A stretch of 63,546 bases of DNA, counting the filler, from Reticulomyxa filosa (lineage: Eukaryota; Protista; Foraminifera): the NCBI GenBank assembly GCA_000512085.1. It is 19 parts of 19 records of this genome, joined end to end, with 100 filler letters (N's around TTAATTAATTAA, not from the genome) between each part and the next. Parts side by side here need not be neighbours in the genome. Positions count along the whole stretch, not along the records: positions 1 to 3,013 come from ASPP01019829.1; positions 3,114 to 6,483 come from ASPP01015219.1; positions 6,584 to 10,536 come from ASPP01009156.1; positions 10,637 to 14,059 come from ASPP01012338.1; 15 more parts are not named here. One strand, written 5' to 3'. A model generated the notes under the pieces. It saw only the letters and a list, made by a program, of their open reading frames with translations. It did not search any database and was not told the DNA's origin. Made by a program: the position numbers and the translations under genes. Positions 1 to 12,868 of this stretch are shown here, one piece after another (within the stretch, counting starts at the first letter, position 1; each line of letters opens with the position of its first letter).

Positions 1-239
1 TTTTTTTTTTTCTTCAGCATTGAGCTTAGTAGTTGTTGTCCTTTTTTTTGTTTGTTTGTGTTGGATTTGAGTCGACGTAAATTTTGACATTTTGAATCAC
101 ATAGGAACCTTTGACGCAATCGAACATCAAATTGAACAATACAAGTAACATAACAAAAAAGGCGGTGCAAATTGGAGATTCGAACCAATTAACAATACTC
201 AATGTCACCAGCGAACTCGCGATTCCTTCTATCAACACA

Positions 240-2470
240 CACGTGGGTCAAAATCCAAAGTTGCGCACATCCGCACGCACACACGATAAATTTCGACACG
301 AATAATCCATCAATACATTTCGATTGTCCTTCCACGCAGTACACTTGTAGCCGATACAGGGTTCGCAATTTCCTTTGATAAATTTGCTACCCATGTTGAT
401 AGCAGGGGTTACACGCCATGTCCACTCCAGTAAAGTTTGCAGCTTCAAAAATTCATGCTCAAATTCTGGACATAGATTTGTGACAGGATTAAAGCGTCGC
501 TGCAATGATGATCCAACTATTTATCGCTTCAATGGATATGCAAAGTAGCGTATCTCTTTGTACGCGCTGACGTGCACTACACACAATCTGCCGGTCTGTT
601 GCAAAATGTATGGTTCCAATGAAACGGATCGTGGACGACATGCCATTGGTCAATTCCTTATTCTCACCAAATTCAAAAGGCCAGTAATCGTTTTCTTCGA
701 TTCTCTCCATCTTGAGGCCTGCCATAGTTGCGTCGTTGTCTTGGCCGAACGTGGGCAACAAATTAGCTGGGTACTGAAGCTTGAGTGGGTTATTCATGTA
801 CTTGCTTCAAAATGAAGCATCTTATTCATCCCACATCGGTTTGTTGGATATCCGGCCCACGTGTCGATTTTGATACAAGAGCTTACTCATTTTCACATTT
901 TTGCAATTTATGCTTTGCGTCCATGACTTCCACACTCAATTTCGCCCGGTTTCTATCTTGGTTACATGATCCCGTGCAAATATACAGCGTCCAGGTCTTT
1001 TTTAAAAAACAACAACATAATTATTGAATTTTTTTTTGTTCATTTGTCCTCCTATACATTCTATCTAAATAACAACTGACAAATAATGACAAAACTGCAT
1101 GTGTGTTATCATTTGTCCACTTGTATCTTTAGATATTCTTTTCGACTCAAATGCCGTCTCCTTTCGTGCCTTTTCCAATGTACGGTATGTCTATTTTTTA
1201 CAAATATCAAGTTCAATATTATACGTCATTTTAAAAAAAAATGGTCAGGTTAACTTTTTTTCCGCACTCGCCGTTCAATGTTGGATCTTCACTTTTGTCG
1301 TCGCTTTAATCTGTCGCAATCGTTTCCGGAACTGATTGGATCTTGAAAATTGGTATTCGTTTGGCGAACGTACCACCTATTCTTTTTGAATACTACATTT
1401 TGAACCAGATCACCAATTGATATCTATCTTTTGACTACAATCAAATATCGCATAACAAAAAAAAACAAACCTGAAAGTAGCGGCATTGATTGTCATGAGC
1501 ATATACGTCTATAAAGAAGCAAGGATATCATTATATATTTAAAAAAATTATGTATGGATAAACAAACATACTTAATTTAATGCAAATGCTATATCGATAA
1601 ATGATATTTCCCGAACAAATATATTCGATTATTCTGGAACGATTCTTGGTTGGATTGACTTTTTCTTCCATTTCAATTGAACCTTTGCATTTTCCAGCTT
1701 CTTTTTCTCATGTTGCCATCGTTTTGCATAGACGAAGTTGTTGGTGTTTAGTTGGATGATTGGTACGCGAACGCTCACGATAGAACCAACAACGATATCA
1801 CATTTCACACGCTACCTGGACGCTGTATATTTTCAACACGAGACAAAAGCGAAAGTTTGATCCAATACATTCAATGCAACTTGTCGCCACTCCATTGACG
1901 CACACTATACGATTATTGGGATTGAACTGTTTCAACTGGTAGTCGCATTGGATGTTTTCGGGTCCACTACTTGAAAAATGAAGACATTTTGCTTGAAGTG
2001 ACCACGACATTAGTCAGCTTCAAAATATTCTTTACTCCGATGTGCCATTTTGCCACAAAAGTTCCATTTATCCAAATCCAAACCAGCGATCATCATTTGG
2101 TGGAACCAGTTTATCATTCAAGTCTTCCTATACCGTGTTTGCAATGGAACGTCACGCAACAGTTTTTCGCACAATGTATTGAAACAAATAAATATATGAT
2201 AATAGAAAGTAAGTATAGATTTTTTTCCCTACTGAACTTGGAACCATTATCATAACAATCATTCAATTAATTATCGAGTCAATTCATAACATTTCTTCGC
2301 CACGACAAAGTCAGATACGACGATTCATTTAATAACATCTTTACGACCACGAGCCAATTTAAATGTTGCAACTTTGATCTTTTTTTTCTGGATTGATCCA
2401 ATCGTCTTCGTCGACCGCAGCATCAGCAAATCTCCAGCTTTCCACAGATATTCGTTGGGCATTTTTCACC
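240..2470 (-). pseudogene. Decayed multi-CAP-Gly domain protein gene
   Basis: Minus-strand fragments in shifting frames read KLARGRKDVIK*...RGEEML*ID (~2280-2370), MIAGLDLDKWNF...SKEYFEAD*CRGHF (~1995-2092), NIELD...GKGTKGDG (~1150-1220) and TIRFIGTIHFA...YKEIRYFA (~535-635). These match the CAP-Gly G-x-I-x-F/Y-I-G...G-x-E/D-L-D...DG...YF pattern, with many stops and frameshifts. Confidence 0.65.
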
Positions 2471-2529
2471 ATTCGCCCATCTTTTTTTTTGAACTTGCGC
2501 TAATGCGCTTATACGTTTATGGGACAAAA

Positions 2530-2860
2530 TCCCGTTTTTTCTTTTTTTATTCACCCTCCCCTTTTACATTTTTTTCATTTTTCTTTTCATTTTTCCTATT
2601 TTAATTTTTTTCATCTTTTTTTTCTTTTTTTCACATTGTCTTTTTTTAATTTTTTTTTCTTTTTCATTTCGAACTTTTTTTTCTTTATATTTTTTCATTT
2701 TTTTTTCTTTCTATTTTCTTATTTTTCATTCTTTATTTTTAATTTTTCTTAAATAAAATTTTCCCCTCTTTTTTCCAATCTATTTCCCCCTTTTTTCCTA
2801 TCTATTTCCCCCCTTTTTTTCCCACATTTTCCCAATTTCACTAACAAAATTTCCCCAATC
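2530..2860. repeat. T/pyrimidine-rich low-complexity tract
   Basis: About 300 nt of near-continuous T runs and TTTTCCCC-type units. Confidence 0.8.
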
Positions 2861-3013
2861 TCTCAAATAGAAAATACAAAAATAAACAAACACTCCAATC
2901 TTTTTGTTTGATTTTGAACCTATAATACAATCACAAATTGAAATTATTTTTTAATTTTAAAAAACAAATAAAAACATACATTTGCTACTGAGCTAAAAGC
3001 TCAAATTCCAATA

Positions 3014-3113
3014 NNNNNNNNNNNNNNNNNNNNNNNNNNNNNNNNNNNNNNNNNNNNTTAATTAATTAANNNNNNNNNNNNNNNNNNNNNNNNNNNNNNN
3101 NNNNNNNNNNNNN
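3014..3113. other. Artificial contig linker (first of 18)
   Basis: N44-TTAATTAATTAA-N44, giving stops in all six frames. Further copies start at 6484, 10537, 14060, 17054, 22030, 24525, 26772, 29590, 32110, 35981, 46499, 48868, 50271, 55973, 58919, 60279 and 62331. Confidence 0.99.
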
Positions 3114-3116
3114 TTT

Positions 3117-3150
<34 letters not shown>

Positions 3151-3163
3151 TATACGTTTTTTG

Positions 3164-3574
3164 TCATTCAACCTGATAATAACTGGCATAACTCCATGCG
3201 CAACCGGTGGCGGCCATTCCGGGTTGATACGTGTAATTGTACCACATCACTGCTGTGTCGTAACCCGAACAATAAAAGGTTACGTTTGAATCGTATGAGT
3301 AATAGTCCTCAGCATAACCGTAATATCCGTCCGTACAATAACTTTGACCGTAATAATAAAAGGTATGTTTACGCAAATGCGATGACGATACGCATTCATA
3401 AGCAAATGAAACAGTGCTATAATCGGAATACGGATAATATGGAGCTGATATGCAGGTACCGACCGAATACAAGACACCGTTATCATAAACGTAGTTGTAG
3501 TAGTTCGGGTTGTAAACAGACGCTACTAATTTTCCCAAACACAAGGAAAACAACACAATTAATTCTTGTCTCAT
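3164..3574 (-). CDS. Secreted Tyr/Cys-rich protein, first exon (3' partial)
   Basis: Signal-peptide-like N-terminus MRQELIVLFSLCLGKLVA. 29 of 136 residues are Tyr, with spaced Cys. Probable splice donor CAG|GTTGAA just before the poly-A contig end. Confidence 0.65.
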   Translation of the reverse strand: MRQELIVLFSLCLGKLVASVYNPNYYNYVYDNGVLYSVGTCISAPYYPYSDYSTVSFAYECVSSSHLRKHTFYYYGQSYCTDGYYGYAEDYYSYDSNVTFYCSGYDTAVMWYNYTYQPGMAATGCAWSYASYYQVE

Positions 3575-3973
3575 TTAACCCTAGACACGACTAATTGCTT
3601 TTATAACAAAACAAATCGGTACAAGTGTAAATTCTTTTTTAGTCCACAAGAACTCGCGTCAAAAAAACTTTACTTTGCACGAGCTAGTTTACAGTGTGTT
3701 TCAAAGACAAGGAAGTAATTGATGAAAATTTAAAAAATCAATTGACTCCTTCACTGTGCTGTGTGCACTTGCCTATAATTTGTGAAACATATAAAGTTGT
3801 CTGATTTTACAATAATGACAAATTGAAATGTCAATTTACTTGCATTCGAATTTTTATGTGGTTTCTTAAAGTTCTGTGTTATCACTGGACAGGATATTTT
3901 TCAAAACGGTTGTGACTTTTGTCTGCTTCTTTCAAAAACTTTGAGTTTGAAATAGAGAAGGGGGTAAGATAAA

Positions 3974-4826
3974 ATGACAGCAAAATTTGTGAAAAAAGAG
4001 GAAGCAAAAAAAGGCTTAACGGAAAATGAGACTTTAGCAGCAAAATCCTTAGAAATGTTGAAAGAAACCCTACAAAACGAGTCAAAAGAGATAATAGACT
4101 GTTTTCTTCCAATAAAAATATTGGAATTGAATGCAATGTACACAAAAATAATGAGAAATAATACAAGTATCCAAAAAAAGTGCACTCAAGTAAGCGTGAT
4201 ATTAACAAAGAATAATACAAATAATAATCAACAAAACGTGATCAATGACGGTAAGGAGGCCGTAGAAACGAGGATTGGACGAAAACGGAAATATTCAGAA
4301 ATTTCGAACAAAAAAGAAGAAGAGAAAACGGACGAAAAAAGGAAAAAAAGAGTGGAAGACACAAATTGAATCATTATTTAACGAAATAAAGACCGAGCTG
4401 AAGTCAATTCAAGACGAAATTGAGCCTGAGGTTCTTACCTTTATGGATATTTTAGATAAAGTCATTTTATTTATAAACTTGCAAATGCCGCAAATTGAAG
4501 ACGGCAACAATTTTGGTGTTGTGGTTCAAGAAGAGGTGAAAAAAATAATTAGCGACGCAAGTGCAAGCGCTTATAGTTTTTTACGTGAAATCCCCAAATA
4601 CTTTGTTCAACGAAGTGAAATTGAAACCAAACTATCCAAATATCCCAATCTAAGAGATTACTTCAAAGTTTTGACTGACTTGGACAGTAAGCAGGCTTTG
4701 CTTTTAACACACACTGTCAAAGATTTGAGAAATAATTATTTCATCATTTTTGATATCATTCAAAAAAACTACCAAAAAATTATTCAACCTAAAGGGCAAA
4801 AACTTGCTACTATGTCACTCTATTGA
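3974..4826 (+). CDS. Proteasome activator PA28/REG (11S) subunit, with a 1-nt frameshift
   Basis: Activation-loop motif LQMPQIEDGNNFGVVVQEEV, plus KYP..DY and C-terminal KIIQPKG...MSLY. ORFs 3974-4369 and 4275-4826 join if one A is removed from the A7 run at 4343-4349. Confidence 0.9.
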
Positions 4827-5469
4827 CTACAGATTGCTCTCTTCTCAAACTTATTGTTGATTGCATATTTTCTTGATTGACCTTATTTATCGTTATTACT
4901 CTGTTGTTTTTTTTTTTGATGCTATTGCCTTTGTCGTTTTTCGTTCCTCAAACATCTTCGCAAAAAAAAGAGAAATCTTCATGCATGATCATCTCAACGC
5001 TTTTGATCGTATCTGTTTTATTCTCGAATCGAAATATAGAACTGCTTCACAAAATCGTCGGGGTTGGAAGTCCCTTGTTGTTACAACTCAACAAATTTAC
5101 GTCTTCCAATTGTGCTTTCAAAAAGATTTCATTTACTCTGATGTTCTTTAATTAAATATGAACATGTTAGAATTATCTCCATGTTTGTGTTGCATTTGCT
5201 GTTTCGTGATGACTTTGTCAACACGGACGGAGCAAATTAAATTTGTTTAAAATATAATAAAATTCCATTGATGGATTTCAAATCAACTTCACGTCAATGT
5301 GAAAACAAAACACAATAAACTAAATCGTGCTGAATAAATAAATAGTATTTAAAAATAAAATTTGAAAACAGAAAAACAGTCAATTTTCTTTTGTTGTGCT
5401 TTTCCTTGAAATTCGATTTTTTTTTGTGACAAGAAGAGTAAAGCTGTAAGAAAGTATTTGATACTCCCC

Positions 5470-6443
5470 CTATAATTCCTCTTTATCACCTTGTCCACCT
5501 AATTGCACGTTGAACTCGTTAGTAAATTCAAATGTAAATATGTCGTTATTTTCTTTCAAATGTTGGCTTTTGCTCGTGCGAGAAATAACAGCAACATCAT
5601 TTTCAAGCAAAAACCTCAGTACTAACTGAGTTGGAGAAACTTGTATCCCTTGTTCTTGTTTAATCTCTTCGCACATTTGTAGCAATATGTGTTTCCAGCT
5701 GTTGTACTCTTGTTCTTTGGCTTCCGCGATTCCGCGAAAACTGCCATATGCTTGCAGCAAAATGTGGTTCTCTGCAAGAAAGTCTCGGAACTCCCATTCC
5801 AAGTCGACCAAATCCATGTGATTCTGAACGACTTGGGGTTTGACTGGGAATTGTTGCAACAGTTGGATCATTAAATTCTGGTCCCAGTTGCTGACTCCTG
5901 TGTTTTGGTCACAAATTCATAATAAATAAGTTGAAATAAAAACATTGAATGATAGAAATGACAAAGACAAAGCCAAACAAATCACACTGATTTTTTTTTT
6001 TTTAAATTTTTATTTTTTAAAAGACAAACCGATATTCAAAATGACTCCTTCCCCATATAATTTAGACAACGCATCATAAGCTTGTTGCCACTTTCCGTCT
6101 TTGTTGTCACGGCAATCGACAAAAGTCAAATTGCCATCGCACACTGGCCAATGAATGGTGTACAAATCAATATTGTTTGTCTTCATGGCAAGCAGCGATT
6201 GTTGGACAGAGTCTAGTGCAGCTTGAAAGTACAAATGAGTTGGAGCCACTTTGGACACCAAAAAAAGTCTGGAGCGCAGTTTCTTGTTTTCGGTCATTAA
6301 CGTGCCAACAGCTGTCTCACTCTCATATAGTCTTGCGCTATCAATCGCCGTATAATTGAATTGTAGTACAGCTTCCTTTATCACTTGATAACTGGTTTTG
6401 CCGTTCAACCCTCCAGTTCCCAAGGTAATCATTGGAAATATCA

Positions 6444-6447
<4 letters not shown>
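5470..6447 (-). CDS. Aldo-keto reductase (5' partial), C-terminus KEEL
   Basis: Motifs PMITLGT, AIDSARLY.SE, FLVSKV, IDLYTIHWP, NIG|VSNW, LQAYGSF, QLVLRFLL and VISRTSKSQHLKEN. A GT-AG intron at 6029-5898 restores IGVSNW. Confidence 0.9.
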
Positions 6448-6483
<36 letters not shown>

Positions 6484-6583
6484 NNNNNNNNNNNNNNNNN
6501 NNNNNNNNNNNNNNNNNNNNNNNNNNNTTAATTAATTAANNNNNNNNNNNNNNNNNNNNNNNNNNNNNNNNNNNNNNNNNNNN

Positions 6584-6619
<36 letters not shown>

Positions 6620-6626
<7 letters not shown>

Positions 6627-7281
6627 GATAAAGTTTTGAATGAGGACTCGGATCTGATGGGTCAAAAGCATCTCCGGAAGGAAAAATGTTAGACTTTTCG
6701 CGGACAGTGACGATAGGCTTGGATCGACTCAAGTGCAACAGTTTCTTCTTTTTATTCAACACGTTGCTCTTCTCCGTACCCTTGGCTTCCTCTTCCTTGA
6801 GCACGTACTTGAAGTACACGCGCTTGTCTTCTTCCTTCTCCAAATACGTCGTCAACACGTCCGGCTTGCATGCCGAACCTTGCGTCGTTGGCACGCCCAG
6901 CAAACTTGCAACCCCCGACGAAGAGGAAGAGGAAGACGAAGGCGAAGAAAACAAAGTGGATATCGATATCGATTGCTCGTCCACTTTTTGCTCATGCAAC
7001 ACCAGTCTTTGACACGACTCGGTGTCTCGACGGGCACGTTGCTTCCAATTCGTTTTCATTTCCATCTTGTGCTGCTCTCGCTCCCGCGCTTTTTCGAGCT
7101 TTTTCAACAGCGTTTCACGGATGTCCTTTTCCACGTTCCTTTTGATGTCTCTTCCAGTTCTTTCAACTCCTTTTGCACTTGCTCGTCGTACTCAAAGTCC
7201 TCCTCCCACATCTTGTTTATCCATTCAATCACTGCTTGAATCAATCGACTCTGAAAGCTTCTTTTTTTCTTTACGTCATTG

Positions 7282-7328
<47 letters not shown>

Positions 7329-7878
7329 GTCATTTTCTTCGCTTGTCATTTTTAATAACTTACGGATATCTTTTAATAGTTTCCCTTTTTTTTTTTTTTT
7401 TTTTAAGACCCCTTTATTGCATGGAAAACGCGTGCACACAATGATCTCTCTCTCCTCCGTCTCCCTTTCTCAAATCACACCCCACTCCAAACTGCGAAGT
7501 TGTAAATTGCTTATGATACAAAATTATCGCTCTTTGTATTTTTCCGCCGACATTGCTTGCCATCTCTTTTATTAAGTCGCGCATCGATATGTTACTGGCC
7601 TTGCTTTCTTCTTCTTCTTCTCCATTCACACTTGCCTCCATACTGTTCTTCTTAGACTCGCTTCCTTCCATCCATGGCACGTCTTCTGCTTCCGTACTGT
7701 CTTCCTCTCGCATCGTTTTCAGCCAGGCTTCGGCGTCCCTCTCAAACAACGGCTTCCTTAACTGCTTTCCAAACTCCTTGTTGTCAACATAGTTCACACA
7801 AGCTTCAGCTATTGTCAACGTTGGAGGTTTTAGGCGCACGTCACTAATTGATACTTCATTGATAGTATCCATTGTCAA
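6620..7878 (-). CDS. Hypothetical protein (3' partial) with poly-Asn/poly-Ser and a coiled-coil-like region
   Basis: Three overlapping ORFs (7414-7878, 7104-7439, 6532-7134) with coding-like GC can be joined by single-base indels. No confident family match. Confidence 0.55.
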
Positions 7879-8235
7879 TTTTTTAAAAATTTACTGTTAG
7901 AAATTATCTAGGATGAGATTATCACTCCATCTTTTTTTATTTTTTGAACAGGGATGAAACGCTTGTATCGTTTCGTCACCAAAGCACAATATTTTATTAC
8001 TTTTGGATATTAAATCGAAATTGGTATTCGATGTTGTTTTCGTACTACCTTATGAATTCTCATACAGAATTCTTATCCAAGGTCTATGATCAATTATACA
8101 TTTTATTGGAGTAATATGCAATTGCCATTCCTTAAAAAACTGGAAAAAAATTTAAAATTACAGCTTTCTTTTTTTTGGAAAAATCTGCAAAGCTTTAAAA
8201 AAATATTTGTAATAAATTGAGAACTCGTGCAAATA

Positions 8236-10536
8236 ATGTCTGCTCTTTCTGCAGAGGAAGTATTAGCGAATGAAAATAATGTGCTGGAATCGAAGGAAAA
8301 TGAGAACCCGGTCGCAGACCAACAAAGCCGGAGTAGTTGGAGTTTGGGATGGAAAAGCTTTAGTTTTCGTAACTTGTGGATCGCAACAAGCAATGAAGAG
8401 CTGATCAAAGCGGAGAGAGAATTTATTGACACATTTATCGATTCAGAGCGCTTGGAGGTGACAGTTCAAGATGTGCCTATTTATTACGACGTAACCCCAA
8501 TCAAATTGAAGCAAGCAAAGGCAAACGCAAAGGCAAGCGGCAAAAAGGCAGAAGTGGGCAGCCGAGGATGGATTTCCTGCAAGCCAAGTCGAAACGACAC
8601 CATCAATAACGCTTTGCGAAGCAACCACAATGGTAAAACTGGGCTCAAAAAAAAAAAAAGTGATCATTTTATAATTGGCTTCCTTTTTTTTTTTTTTTCT
8701 TAAAAAAAAATTATTTTAATATCCTTCAGTTTTTTTTGAAGCACACGTCACATTGTCAACCCACTCTTTGGTGAAACAATAAGTGTATATACATACACAT
8801 ATATGTATATACATTTATATTTATATATGTTATTGTTGTTTGTGCAATGTATGAATAGTGCATCCCAACGGCACTAAGAGCAGCGTCGACTTGTTGCCGC
8901 CGATCTCGGGCAACGACGAAAAAACAGAAGCGGCCAATGATGTCAATGAGTTGGATGTGGAGAGCATTTTGAACGACAGTGAGGAAAACCACGAAGAGCC
9001 TCTGCAAGAAAGGCCTCACAACGAGCATATCCACACCGTCACATTTCGCTTGAAAAAATCAAATCCAACTAGTTGCACATTTTTTTTTTTTTTTTTTTTG
9101 TTGATTGTTTTTTTGTGATTATTATTATAAAAATAACAATAATAAATAAACAAAAATGATACACTTTACACACAAATAAACAAACTTACTTTTGGTCCAT
9201 CGGAATGCAACAGCATCAACTGTTGAAAACAAAGATCGTCCTCCACCTATTGTTTTGCTGCATGGGTAAGTACACAAAAATCGAACATTCCATTTGTAAT
9301 TGGCTTTTTTTTTTTTTTTTGCAACTTTTTGTGTGGGAAACACAAACAACAACATTGCACAAAACGAAACATCAAATTGGATTTTTCTTTCTTGTGGAAT
9401 GCTTTTTTTTTTTTTTTTTAATGAATATAGATATGGATGTGCAGGTAGTACATTGCCTCCCCCCCTTTTTTTTTTTTTTTGCGAGACGGAAAGATGATAG
9501 CAATTGAGGACACAAAAAATACTGCTAAGTAGGGGCAAATGAATGCAACAAACATAAACAAATAAAAAGGTGGAATTCATATTCCTGCTATCCATACCAT
9601 ATTTGATACGCTGTTGAAGAAAATCGGACGTGAAGCACTGGAAGCCATTGATCCGGAAATCCATCTTCTCGATTGGCTTGGAAATGGCGCCAGCAGGTGC
9701 TTTTGTTGTTGTGTTGCTATCCTTTGTTTTCAGCGGGACCACTTTTTTTTTTTTTTTTTTTTTGAATAAACAAAATTGCAACGTCAGTCGGCCAAAGTTT
9801 GATCAAGAAAACTTCAATGTTGAAGATACTGAAAATTGGTTTGTGGACAGTTTGGAAGAATGGGTATGTTGTTTTATCTTTTACGTTTTTCTTTTTTGTA
9901 GCTTTGGATAATTTCAACAACAACAACAAATGACAGCGTAAAAATTTGGGTTATCAGGATCTAATTTTGGCTGGTCACAGTCTTGGGGGATACATGAGGT
10001 ATATGCAAACTTGTATATATATATATATATATGTGTGTTTGTGATTGATCGGGTTTCAATATTAGCCAAACAACAAAATAACTATAAAAGCTCGGTATAT
10101 GCTCTTCGGTACCCGGAGAGAGTTGCTCATCTTATTTTAGTAAGTCCTGCAGGTGTACCCAAAGTTCCCTCTGGTCTCAATTTGGATGACTGGTTGAATG
10201 GCTTGGAATGGAAACAGCGCTTTGCTTTGAAAACAGTACGATCACTTTGGAACAAAGGGTTAGTTTTTTTTTGTTTTGCTTGACATGTTGAAACAAATAA
10301 AGTCTTTGTTGGATATAACTCTATTCTACATAGGTGGACACCACATGATGTTGTGAGATATTCCGGGTTTGTTGTTAATGTTTTCGTAGATAAAATATAA
10401 ACACATATTTGTCTCTCTCTTTGCTTTTACTTACATATGATGACTATTCACAAAAAAAAAAAAAAAAAAAAACGCCTAAAGGCAAAGACTGGGTACATAA
10501 ACTGGTCTCCAAACGACTGTTTCGAGTACCAGACGA
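8236..10536 (+). CDS. ABHD4/ABHD5(CGI-58)/Cld1-like alpha/beta hydrolase, multi-exon, 3' partial
   Basis: Spliced exons give PPIVLLHG|YG, LDWLGNGAS|SRPKF, WFVDSLEEW|R, the nucleophile elbow LAGHSLGGY, and YALRYPERVAHLILVSPAGVP. Confidence 0.88.
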
Positions 10537-10636
10537 NNNNNNNNNNNNNNNNNNNNNNNNNNNNNNNNNNNNNNNNNNNNTTAATTAATTAANNNNNNNN
10601 NNNNNNNNNNNNNNNNNNNNNNNNNNNNNNNNNNNN

Positions 10637-11219
10637 TTATTATTATTATTATTATTATTATTATTGTTGCCATTGTTATTGTTATCCTCAATGGTAATGA
10701 TATCAAGGTCTAACTGCACATCCGATCTTTCAACTCGCAAATCCGACGTGCGGGTACCTCGACCGTCGCTATGGAAAGTAATGGGGTCGAGCCCCTTTTC
10801 TTCCATTTCCGACGCTGCTGTCGATCCGTTCCTCGAACTCACCGATAACGGGTCGTCGTCCTCTCCATCTTCGTCAAAGTCCGCCGCTATGGTCTTTCTC
10901 GGACTGCTGATCTTCGCGTTCAAGTCCAGGTACTGATCGTTGCCTTTCGCCGCTGTTTGGAAACGCTTGTTGTATTTACGCAAGTCCTCGATCTTGTAAC
11001 CGTTCCCGTGCTTTTTCAATATCGACGGGTTCTTCCCGTCTTGGATCTGTGCTTGTGCTTTGAACCACTTGCGCCGAATCACCTCTCCACGGCCCGTCTC
11101 TACTCGCTTTGAACCAACATCTCGTGGGGCATCTGGTGACATTGGGCTTACTGCATACTTTTTTTTGTATACGTACATTTTTCAAAATTTTTTTTTTTTT
11201 TTTTTTTTTCTCTCCTCCT

Positions 11220-11251
<32 letters not shown>

Positions 11252-11547
11252 TTTAACTTCAATTTCTTCATCTTCATCTTCGTCGTCTGAATAATCACCT
11301 GCTTCTATATTTTTCTCTTTTTGGGCTGACGTGTTTTGGTCAATCGTGTTTTGTAACGTTTCCCACGTCGTCGGCGCACGAACGCGGCCCATGTTTTTTA
11401 GTGCAATGTCGTGCTCCTTCACCAGCGAAGGCATCTTCCCACAATCAATCTCATATTGCGCTGTAAACCACAGATCCAAAACTGGATTACCAGTTTTTTC
11501 GGTGGTTGTCTCGGCTTATTGTTTGGTGCCGTAAGCAACTTCGCCAT
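10637..11547 (-). CDS. Hypothetical protein (3' partial)
   Basis: ATG at 11547 joins ORF 11479 through a 1-nt indel in the T6 run at 11494-11499. A probable intron at ~11160-11258 is followed by ORF 11178-10637. No family recognised. Confidence 0.55.
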
Positions 11548-11852
11548 TATTATTATTTTTTCTTTTCAATTCAAACGTACCTTTGAGAGTGTCACAAAAT
11601 CCTTCTTTGTGACACGGATGCTAATGTTTCCCTATTAAAATTTTTTAATTTTTGGCTGTTTATCAAACTTTTTTCTTTTACGTTGTTTTTTTAAAGAGAT
11701 AAACTGTTTAAAAAAAATTACATATATGATCTATTTTAATTGTTTTACAACTTTTTAAATGTGTTTTAAAGAAATTGCTCCAATGAGGCACTCATCCAAA
11801 AGAAAAGTAATAAAATCAAAAAAAAAGAAAAAAGAAAAAAGGGTCATTACAT

Positions 11853-12820
11853 ATGTTATGCGATCATCGCTGTTGGAAGTGTTTGAAAAGTTGCTTCCAA
11901 ATAGTGTCAAGCTGGTGGAAGAAATGGTGTGTGGAATATTTTTATCGGTGTGCAGTGCGTAAAACGACAGCGCACAAGAAGTCGGATGAGATAGGTTTGA
12001 CAACGAAAGGAGAAAGTGAAAGTAAGTCGAGCAGTCCAGCGACGGACGTGATAAGTGTAGAAATAATGAGCAGTAAAGAGGAGAGTATGAAGAAAGACAC
12101 AGAAAAGAAGTTGAGTGCAAAGGAGGAATCAAAGTCGGAGTTGAAGTCAAAGTTGCGATGGAAATCCAAGTCGAAATGTAAATCGAGATTGATTGAGTGG
12201 TCGATTCAGTATTGCAATGCAATGGAGAAATTGTTATGGAAAAGATATACAGCTCCGGAGACATTGAGTGGGTCGGAGGAGTTGCACGTGCTGCTCTATC
12301 AAATCGTAGTGAACGTGCCGTTCGAGATTATATCACAACACATATGTAGTTTTTGGACTGCGCAAGAGAGCAGCTGCTTTGTCCCATTTTTGCAGGACAT
12401 GCACGCGTGCCATTATACGTTGCACAAGCCCAAGGGTGCATCTTTGCTGGGCAAAATAGTGGAGTCTTCGAGTTTTGGAGCGTGCACAGTTCAGAGTCTG
12501 CGACTCACTGGACTGATATCCTTGCACAGCGTGTTCGCCACGCGGCTGGTCATCCAAAACGAAAGTGACGATATCATATATATTAAGTGGATCAATTACG
12601 ATGGAGAGTTTATCCCAAATGGCTTTGTGTATGGCAAGCAGACACTGATTATTGGATGCTACGTATCACATTCGTTTGCGTTTTATTATATCAATGAAGA
12701 GCAGCAAGAAGAATGGATTGGCTTGTACCAATTGCGACATACGTATCCTATCCATATTATTTCCATTCTGCCCGTCCATTATCAGCATCATCATCATGAG
12801 CATGTTGTTCCTACGAATAC

Positions 12821-12868
<48 letters not shown>

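Noticed and set aside
3816-3833. TGACA/TGTCA as a shared promoter motif in intergenic regions
   Set aside because: A 5-mer occurs this often by chance, and enrichment cannot be shown by eye.
7414-7510. FGVGCD...IIVCTRF as a CAP/SCP domain C-terminus
   Set aside because: The match is too short, needs an indel, and the upstream CAP motifs are not evident.
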